DNA from: Trueperaceae bacterium
Lineage (GTDB): Bacteria; Deinococcota; Deinococci; Deinococcales; Trueperaceae
DNA length: 64,000 nt
Direction: 5' to 3'
NCBI GenBank assembly: GCA_035703635.1
Contig: DASSXV010000005.1
Location: 1 to 64,000 of the forward strand
Shown: positions 57,529-64,000 of the stretch, one piece after another
Numbering within the stretch: the first letter of the stretch is position 1
Layout of the letters: each line of letters opens with the position of its first letter
Translations under genes and position numbers: made by a program
The notes under the pieces: generated by a model
Seen by the model: only the letters and a program-made list of their open reading frames with translations
The model's database searches: none
Told to the model about the DNA's origin: nothing

Positions 57529-59589
57529 ATGGCCGGCGTGAGCCAAGTTGACGAGCACAAGGAAGCTCAGGCTTCGGTCTTGCGCGACCCAGACAAGCGC
57601 CGCGCGCTGGCGGTGTCGCTCACGTTGCACATGCTCGTACTGCTCCTCGCGCTGATGGCCGGCCTGCGCGTACGGGAGGAACCCGAACCCGCTTACATCG
57701 TCATCGACGTCGGCACGCCGGCGTTCGCGGAGGAGACGACGTTGGCGGCGACCGCCGAGAACCCGGCGCCGCCCGCACCTGCCCCGCAAGTGGCCTCCGA
57801 GTCCCTTGGCGCACCGCGCGACCTCTCCGCGCCGCAAGTCGAGTCGACGGCGCCGGAGGCGCGCCCCGTTACCGCTCAACCGCCGGCTCCTGAGGCTCCG
57901 CCAGCGCAAGCCGCAGCTGAGGTGCCCGAGGCGACGGCCGCAGACGTACCGGCGCCGCCACTGCCAGTGCCGCAAGTCACGGAGACGAGCCCTCCAGCTG
58001 AGGCCCTGCCGCTAGCGGAGGTGCCCGTCACCCCGTTGCCGGAGATCGACCCGGTGGCCATGACGCCGCGCCCTCTCACCGACCCGGTCCTCCTGCCGGT
58101 GCCGCAGGTGAGCGCCAGCGTCACCGAGGCGCGCACCATAGCCGCGCAGCCAGCCGCCAACATCAGCGAGGCGCGCGACCTGGAAGCCCCGCAACCCAAC
58201 GCCAGCGTCGTGGCCCCGCGCGAGCTGACTAACCCAGCGATCAACGCTCAGGTCTCGCAAGCGGTCGGGCTGGCTGCGCCAAACGCCGCCGCTTCCGTCA
58301 CCGCAGCGCGCCCACTAGAAGCGCCGGTGGTGGCGGCACAGGTGGCTGCCGGCACGGCGCTCGATACTAGCGGGGTCAGCGCCAGCGTCAACGGCACTAG
58401 ACCTCTAGCGCCCCCAAGCGTGACCGCGCAGGTAGGTACGAGCCGCGACGTGCAGGTGGTGCCGGAGGCGGTGGTAGCGCAAGTCAGGAACGTGCCAGTG
58501 CCGGCGTTGCGCGCCGACGTCATCGCCCCGACGACGGCAGCCGGCGCGCCTGGAGCCCAAGGCGACCGCGCCGGTGACACCGACGTGCAGGCAACCACCA
58601 CCAGCCGCGTGCCGCCCGGCGGCAACGCCGCTACGGCTGGGCAGACCGGGCCGCTTGACCCGGACGTCACGGCGGACGGGCGCGGGCGGGCCGCGGGGCC
58701 GGACGGCGTTGGCGAAGGCACGGGGGCGCCGGCGCAGCAAGCGCGGCTGCCGTACTCCACGCAGCGCGAGCGGCCCCTCGCAGTCCTGATAGACAACGTC
58801 GGCGGCTACCCGCAGACGGGCCTGCGCGAGGCGTCCATGATCGTCGAGATGCCGGTCGAGGGCGGCCTTACGCGCCTCATGGCCATCTACGACCGCAACT
58901 TCCCGCGCCGCGTCGGTCCAGTGCGCAGCGCACGCGACTACTTCGTCGAGCTCGCCCAGTCGAGCCAAGCGGTGCTCGTGCATGACGGTGGGTCGCCTGG
59001 CGCCATGATCGCCATCGCCAACTCGCTGCTGCCAACCCTGAACGCTTATAACAACGGCACGCTCTTCGCCCGCGAAGGCGAACGCAACGCGCCATACAAC
59101 CTCTACGGGGCTGGCAACGACCTCCGCACCGCAATGCTGCGGTTGGTTTCGGAGAAGTCCCGCCTCGTTTCCGGCACCGTCTTCACGCCGACGCCCGTTG
59201 CTGGCACGGTCACTGAGGTCAGCGTCAAGTACAGCGGCGCTTACACCTCTGGCTTCAGGTACGACGCCGTTCTCGGTTCGTACCGCTGGATAAGGGACGG
59301 CACGCCGGCCAACCACCCGGACGGCCAAGTCATGCTCTTCGATGCGGTGCTCGTCGGCAACATCACCGCGAGGCCGCTGCCAGACGACAACGCCGGCAGA
59401 CTCTACATCCCGCTGGAATCAGGCGACGCCACCCTCTACTTGAAGGGACGCGCCCAACGGGGTACGTGGTTCGTCAGCCAAGGCGTTGGGGTGAGCTTCA
59501 AGACGCTGGAAGGCGAGATCGTCGACTTGGCGCCGTTCAGGACCTGGGCGCTGCTGACGCCAACCTACGATACGCGCAGCGAACAGTAG
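57529..59589 (+). CDS. TonB/TolA-like anchor + Pro-rich/15-aa-repeat stalk + C-terminal DUF3048 (YerB-like) domain
   Basis: TM helix with SxxxH (SLTLH); RPLAVLIDN, EMPVEGGLTR, GPVRSARDY, HDGGS, APYNLY. Confidence 0.85.
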   Translation: MAGVSQVDEHKEAQASVLRDPDKRRALAVSLTLHMLVLLLALMAGLRVREEPEPAYIVIDVGTPAFAEETTLAATAENPAPPAPAPQVASESLGAPRDLSAPQVESTAPEARPVTAQPPAPEAPPAQAAAEVPEATAADVPAPPLPVPQVTETSPPAEALPLAEVPVTPLPEIDPVAMTPRPLTDPVLLPVPQVSASVTEARTIAAQPAANISEARDLEAPQPNASVVAPRELTNPAINAQVSQAVGLAAPNAAASVTAARPLEAPVVAAQVAAGTALDTSGVSASVNGTRPLAPPSVTAQVGTSRDVQVVPEAVVAQVRNVPVPALRADVIAPTTAAGAPGAQGDRAGDTDVQATTTSRVPPGGNAATAGQTGPLDPDVTADGRGRAAGPDGVGEGTGAPAQQARLPYSTQRERPLAVLIDNVGGYPQTGLREASMIVEMPVEGGLTRLMAIYDRNFPRRVGPVRSARDYFVELAQSSQAVLVHDGGSPGAMIAIANSLLPTLNAYNNGTLFAREGERNAPYNLYGAGNDLRTAMLRLVSEKSRLVSGTVFTPTPVAGTVTEVSVKYSGAYTSGFRYDAVLGSYRWIRDGTPANHPDGQVMLFDAVLVGNITARPLPDDNAGRLYIPLESGDATLYLKGRAQRGTWFVSQGVGVSFKTLEGEIVDLAPFRTWALLTPTYDTRSEQ
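58102..58521 (+). repeat. About 9 degenerate 15-aa repeats (PxxxAxVxxxRxLxx)
   Basis: PQVSASVTEARTIAA, PQPNASVVAPRELTN, PAINAQVSQAVGLAA, PNAAASVTAARPLEA, PSVTAQVGTSRDVQV and others. Confidence 0.75.
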
Positions 59590-59712
59590 AACCAGACTCC
59601 AACCAGGGCGAGTTCGGCGGCGCCGCTGCCGCCACCGGCCCGGGCGCCAAGAACGGCTACGCGGCACGGTGGCGCACCACAGCGCGGTGCTAGCATCTGA
59701 CGAGCTAGTGAG

Positions 59713-62700
59713 GTGGTGAGAGTCAACCACGACGACGCGAACTTGATCGGCTCCCTCAGCCCCTACCTCCCCGAAGATCGTCTAGCCGAACTCGGCGGCG
59801 CCGGGGCGGTGGGCGGCGGCACTGGCAGCGCGCTCTTCGCGGACGTGGTCGGGTTCTCGCTGCTGACTACACGCTTAGCCGAGGTGCTTGGCCCGCGGCG
59901 CGGCGCTGAGGAAGTCCCGCGCTACTTGAACACGCTCTACGAGGCGCTCATCGGAGCGGCGCGCGAGCAGAACGGCAGTGTCGTCGGTTTCGCCGGCGAC
60001 GCCATCATCTGCTGGTTCGCAGGCGATGACGGCAGCCGCGCCGCGGCCAGCGCCTGCGCCATGCAGGTCGCCATGGCAGCGTTCTCGGACCTCGCCATTC
60101 CGCTTACCGCCGCGACCGTGACCCTGAGCCTCAAGGTGTCTGTGGCGAGCGGTGCCGTCAAACGCTACGCCGTCGGCGATCCCGACCTGCAACTGCTCGA
60201 CATCGTCGTTGGAGCTACGGTGGCGCGCCTCGAGGCCCTCAACGGTCTTGCCCACCGTGGTCAGGTGCTCGTAGATCCGGCTACCGCTGCCGCGTTACGC
60301 GGCAAGGCGGACCTTGCGCTAGTCGCGAGTACGAACCCTGGTGCGTTCGTGCTCCAGGGGCCGCTCCGCGCTCCGACAGCGGTTCCTAACGAAGCGCGCA
60401 CTACCGTGAACGCCGCTGCAGTGGCGAGGTGGCTGCTGCCGACCATCCACCGCCGCCTCGCGGCTGGCGGCGGCGACTTCATCACCGAACTGCGCCCAGT
60501 GGCCGCCCTGTTCATAGCGTTCGCCGGCATCGACTTCGACGAAGACGGTGGCGCTGGCGAGAAGCTCGACTGGCTCGTGCGCACCGTTCAGCGCGTCGCC
60601 AGCGAGTACGGCGGCAACGTCCTGCAACTTACGGGCGGCGACAAGGGCACGTACGTCTACCTCGCGTTCGGCGCGCCCGTCGCCCATGAGGACGACACAG
60701 GTAGAGCGGCTGCCGCGGCACTCGATCTACGCGCCGAACTCCTCGGCGCTAGCTTCCTGACCGACCTGAAGATGGGCCTCGGTTACGGCACGGCGCGCAC
60801 GGGCGCATACGGTTCGTCGGGCCGCAGGACCTACGGCGCGTTAGGGCCGGAGACGAACATGGCCGCCAGATTGATGGCCGCTGCCCCGCACGGCGCCATC
60901 CACGCTAGCGGCGCGTTCGTCAACGCCCTCGGAGAAGGGTTCGTGGTGAAGGCCCTACCTGGGCTGGTGGCCAAGGGGTGGCCAGTGCCGGTCGAGAGGT
61001 ACGACGTCGTGAGCCGGAGCGGCAGCGTCGCCGGCGGGCAGCACACCACGCCGCTGGCAGGCCGCCAGGCCGAGACCGCCGCCATCCGGGCGGCCGTCGA
61101 GCAAGCCGCCGGCGGCAGTGGGCGCGCCTTGCACGTCGTAGGCGAGGCGGGCGTCGGCAAGTCCGAGCTCGTCGCGCAAACCCTGAGAGCGGCGCCGGCC
61201 GTGCGCGTCGTAGCTGGCGCCTGTCAGGCGTTCGGCAAGACCGCGCCATACCAGGCGTGGAAGGGCGTCTTGCAGCAGCTCGTCGGCGTCACTCAGGGCG
61301 CGAGCGCGGCCGAGCGGACGGCGCTGCTCGAGTCCGCGCTCGGCCCGGAGCTAGTTGGCCGTGCTGCGCTGCTTGCTCCGCTCCTCGACTTCGCTGTGCC
61401 TGAGAGCGATCAGGTGGCCGCGATGAGCGCGGAGGACCGTAGCGCCGCGCGGCAGGCGCTCTTCATCGCCCTCATCCGCCAGGCAGCCAACGCTACGGCC
61501 GTCGCGGGCCTCACGCTGGTCGTGCTCATCGAGGACCTCAACTGGCTGGACCCGGCGTCAGAGCAGTTCCTTCACGCGCTCACGGCGGGCCTCTCCACCA
61601 TGCCGTTGCTCGTGCTTACGACCGCTAGGCCGAGCGTGGAGCGCACGCCAGATGCTCCGCTTCACACGACCGACGTGATCAACCTAGGCCCGTTGGCCGA
61701 GCCGGAAGCTCGCGTGGTGGTGGATCACTTGCTCGCCGCGCTCGACGCGAAGTTGAGTCCAGACGTCATCAGCGCCATCGTGCGGCGTTCAGGCGGCAAC
61801 CCGTTCTTCTTGGAGGAGCTGGTCACCGACGTCGTGCAGCGCGCCGCGGCTGGCGCGCGCATCGGCGACAACGAACTCCCAACTAGCTTGCACCGCCTCA
61901 TACTCGCGCGCCTCGACCGCCTGACAGACGAGCAACTCGTCAACCTGAAGATCGCCAGCGTGGTCGGCTTGGAGTTCGAGGTCGCGTTCGTGCACGCCTG
62001 CCACGACGGTAGCGCAAGGGACGAGATCGTGGCGGCGTTGGAGGCCACCCGTCAGCTTGGGTTAACGCCGCTGCACAAGAGTGAACCACTGTGCTACGCC
62101 TTCAACCATGGCATCACGCGCGACGTGACTTACGAGAGCCAGGCGCACGAGACGCGCACGCGGCTGCATACGCGGCTGGCGCATCATATCGAGGCGCTCA
62201 CGGGCGGTGCCGATCTCGACGTGCTCGCCTACCATTACGGTCTTGGTGACGATCTTCCAAAGGCGCGCCACTACCTCGCCGCCGCCGCCGCCGCGGCCAA
62301 GGCCGTGTATGCCAACGAGGCCGCCACGACTTACCTAAGCAGGTTGCTCGAGCTACTGCACGGAGCGGAACGCCTGCCTGCACTCCTCGAGCTAGGTGAG
62401 GTCATGAGCTTCGTGGGGGCGCACGCCGGGGCGGAGGAGAGCCTAACGGAGGCGCTCACGTTCGCTGCCGGCACCAGCGACGAGGCCACCGCCCTGCGGC
62501 TGCTTGGGGAGCTGTACGAACGGCGCGGCGAGCACGGCCCCGCACGCATTCGGCTCGAGGCGGCGGCCAAGCTGGCGCGCGCTTGGCAGGATGACGAGGA
62601 GTTGACGCGCGTGCTGCTTGCGCTCGGCGGCAACGTTCTCTGGCACCTGGGCGAGTACGGCGAAGCCGCGGACCTGCTGCAGGAGGCGCTGGCGTTGGCG

Positions 62701-63441
62701 CGCGGCAGGAACGACCCGCGCGCCGGCGCACGGGCGCTCCACGGCCTGGCCAACGTCCACCTCTACCTCGGCGAGACGGAGGCGGCAACCGAGGCGCTGA
62801 CGGCCAGCCTCCAGATGCGCAGCGACGCTCAAGACGAGTACGGGGTGGCGAACGCCCTCAACAACCTTGCGATCCTCGCGGCCAACGCCGGGGACAGCGA
62901 GCGGGCCGAAGCGCTGTTCACCGAGAGCCTCACCATCAGGCAACGGCTTGGTGACGTGTCGGGGGTGGCGGTCGCGCTCAACAACCTTGGCTACATGGTG
63001 GCCAAGCGCGGCGACTTGACGGAGGCGCTGCGCCTCTACGAAGAGAGCCTTGCGTCGCGCCGCGAGCTCGGCGATCGCTTGGGTCAGGCCGTTTCGCTCA
63101 ACAACCTGGCAGGCTTGGAGGCGCAACTCGGTGCAGTCGACGTTGCCCGCGAACATTACTTGGAGAGCGCTACCTTGTCGGCGACCTGGGGCAACCGCAG
63201 GGAGGCGGCCGCAGCCCTCGCTGGCATCGGCAGCATCGCCGATGACGCTGCAACTGCCGCCCGGTTCTTGCTCGCGGCGGAGCAACTGATAAAGGAGTTG
63301 GGCGCGGCTGTCGAACCGGAAGTCGAGGTGGCTCTAAACGAAGCCAGGTCACGCGCGGCAGGCGTGCAACTGACCGCGCCGCGGTTCGAGACGCCACAAG
63401 AGTTGCTAGCCTGGGCAACTGCTAATCATACGCCAAACTGA
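59713..63441 (+). CDS. Tandem class III nucleotide cyclase + STAND/AAA NTPase + TPR protein
   Basis: LFADVVGFS, FAGDA, second domain GDKG..FGAPVAHED, GEAGVGKS, EDLNWLD, GGNPFF, ALNNLG repeats. Confidence 0.92.
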   Translation: MVRVNHDDANLIGSLSPYLPEDRLAELGGAGAVGGGTGSALFADVVGFSLLTTRLAEVLGPRRGAEEVPRYLNTLYEALIGAAREQNGSVVGFAGDAIICWFAGDDGSRAAASACAMQVAMAAFSDLAIPLTAATVTLSLKVSVASGAVKRYAVGDPDLQLLDIVVGATVARLEALNGLAHRGQVLVDPATAAALRGKADLALVASTNPGAFVLQGPLRAPTAVPNEARTTVNAAAVARWLLPTIHRRLAAGGGDFITELRPVAALFIAFAGIDFDEDGGAGEKLDWLVRTVQRVASEYGGNVLQLTGGDKGTYVYLAFGAPVAHEDDTGRAAAAALDLRAELLGASFLTDLKMGLGYGTARTGAYGSSGRRTYGALGPETNMAARLMAAAPHGAIHASGAFVNALGEGFVVKALPGLVAKGWPVPVERYDVVSRSGSVAGGQHTTPLAGRQAETAAIRAAVEQAAGGSGRALHVVGEAGVGKSELVAQTLRAAPAVRVVAGACQAFGKTAPYQAWKGVLQQLVGVTQGASAAERTALLESALGPELVGRAALLAPLLDFAVPESDQVAAMSAEDRSAARQALFIALIRQAANATAVAGLTLVVLIEDLNWLDPASEQFLHALTAGLSTMPLLVLTTARPSVERTPDAPLHTTDVINLGPLAEPEARVVVDHLLAALDAKLSPDVISAIVRRSGGNPFFLEELVTDVVQRAAAGARIGDNELPTSLHRLILARLDRLTDEQLVNLKIASVVGLEFEVAFVHACHDGSARDEIVAALEATRQLGLTPLHKSEPLCYAFNHGITRDVTYESQAHETRTRLHTRLAHHIEALTGGADLDVLAYHYGLGDDLPKARHYLAAAAAAAKAVYANEAATTYLSRLLELLHGAERLPALLELGEVMSFVGAHAGAEESLTEALTFAAGTSDEATALRLLGELYERRGEHGPARIRLEAAAKLARAWQDDEELTRVLLALGGNVLWHLGEYGEAADLLQEALALARGRNDPRAGARALHGLANVHLYLGETEAATEALTASLQMRSDAQDEYGVANALNNLAILAANAGDSERAEALFTESLTIRQRLGDVSGVAVALNNLGYMVAKRGDLTEALRLYEESLASRRELGDRLGQAVSLNNLAGLEAQLGAVDVAREHYLESATLSATWGNRREAAAALAGIGSIADDAATAARFLLAAEQLIKELGAAVEPEVEVALNEARSRAAGVQLTAPRFETPQELLAWATANHTPN

Positions 63442-63577
63442 GAGTGAAGAAACTGGCTGTGCTTCACGAACGGCTCTGCTCGGCGTTAGAATCGCGAAGT
63501 CAAAGAGTAAGCACGAGTCGCGGTGCGCCAGTCACTGATGTTCCGTCAGACGCCGCGCCAGGCTCGTAGGAGGCAAC

Positions 63578-64000
63578 ATGCGGCGCATTCTCGGGAGGCT
63601 CGATCGGTCACGCCTCGTCGCTCGGTCGGTGTGGCGCCAGGCTCTGGTCGGCGCCGCCATCCTGTTGTTCATGGCTGCGTGTCAGACCACGCCTCAGCCC
63701 GAAGCGCTGTCGGACGCGGACGCAGAGTACCAGCAGGCGCTCGAACTGGGGGCTTTCGCCGCGCCGACGGTCGGGGAACTCCGCGTGCGCTTCCTCCCCC
63801 CGATCGGGAAAGCAGCGCCTAGCGGCGAGTTCGAGTCCGGCTTGGCGCTCGAGATCGAGTTCTTCAACGTCGACCCCGTTACTAGAGTGGCGAGCGGCAG
63901 CGCGTTGGGGCCGGAATTGGCTACCCCAAAACAGATAGCGATCAAGCGTGACGTCTACTCCCTCGTGTGGCGTTCGTTCGCTACCACGGTCAACCGCGAG
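63578..64000 (+). CDS. Lipoprotein, partial (runs off the window)
   Basis: AGGAGG RBS; MRRILG...AAILLFMAA|CQ lipobox; open to the end of the window. Confidence 0.7.
   Translation, partial: MRRILGRLDRSRLVARSVWRQALVGAAILLFMAACQTTPQPEALSDADAEYQQALELGAFAAPTVGELRVRFLPPIGKAAPSGEFESGLALEIEFFNVDPVTRVASGSALGPELATPKQIAIKRDVYSLVWRSFATTVNRE

Overview
High-GC bacterial chromosome, most likely Deinococcota and Truepera-like. The evidence is a Thermus/Deinococcus-type pilin, a Taq-like PolA, a TmpR-like SDR and many leaderless promoters. Bases 1 to about 24,690 are the late half of a siphovirus-like prophage (terminase, head, tail, lysis) that abuts the 3' end of tRNA-Arg(ACG) in a Ser-Ser-Arg tRNA operon. 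Its integrase and other att site must lie left of the window. The prophage carries several accessory cassettes: a convergent DUF5131 (three-Cys, radical-SAM-like) + TcmP pair between terS and terL; a complete host-type major type IV pilin gene with a divergent AbrB-wHTH regulator, a CRP-like box and three terminators; a lysis module with no recognisable spanin lipoprotein; and two antisense membrane genes beside the att site. The rest is mostly core genome: glmM, polA, fabI, a trpE-trpG-GT2-trpD operon with a candidate leaderless Trp leader peptide, pdxS, PBP1A, ppa, trmH, a heavy-metal ATPase/ArsR pair, tRNA-Leu, a DinG-like helicase and ppc. It also holds an ExbB-ExbD operon whose TonB-like partner ends in DUF3048 rather than TonB_C, and a cyclase-STAND-TPR protein. 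The top candidates for new biology are the prophage pilin cassette and the ExbBD/TonB-like-DUF3048 system. All calls come from motif recognition by eye; no searches were run.
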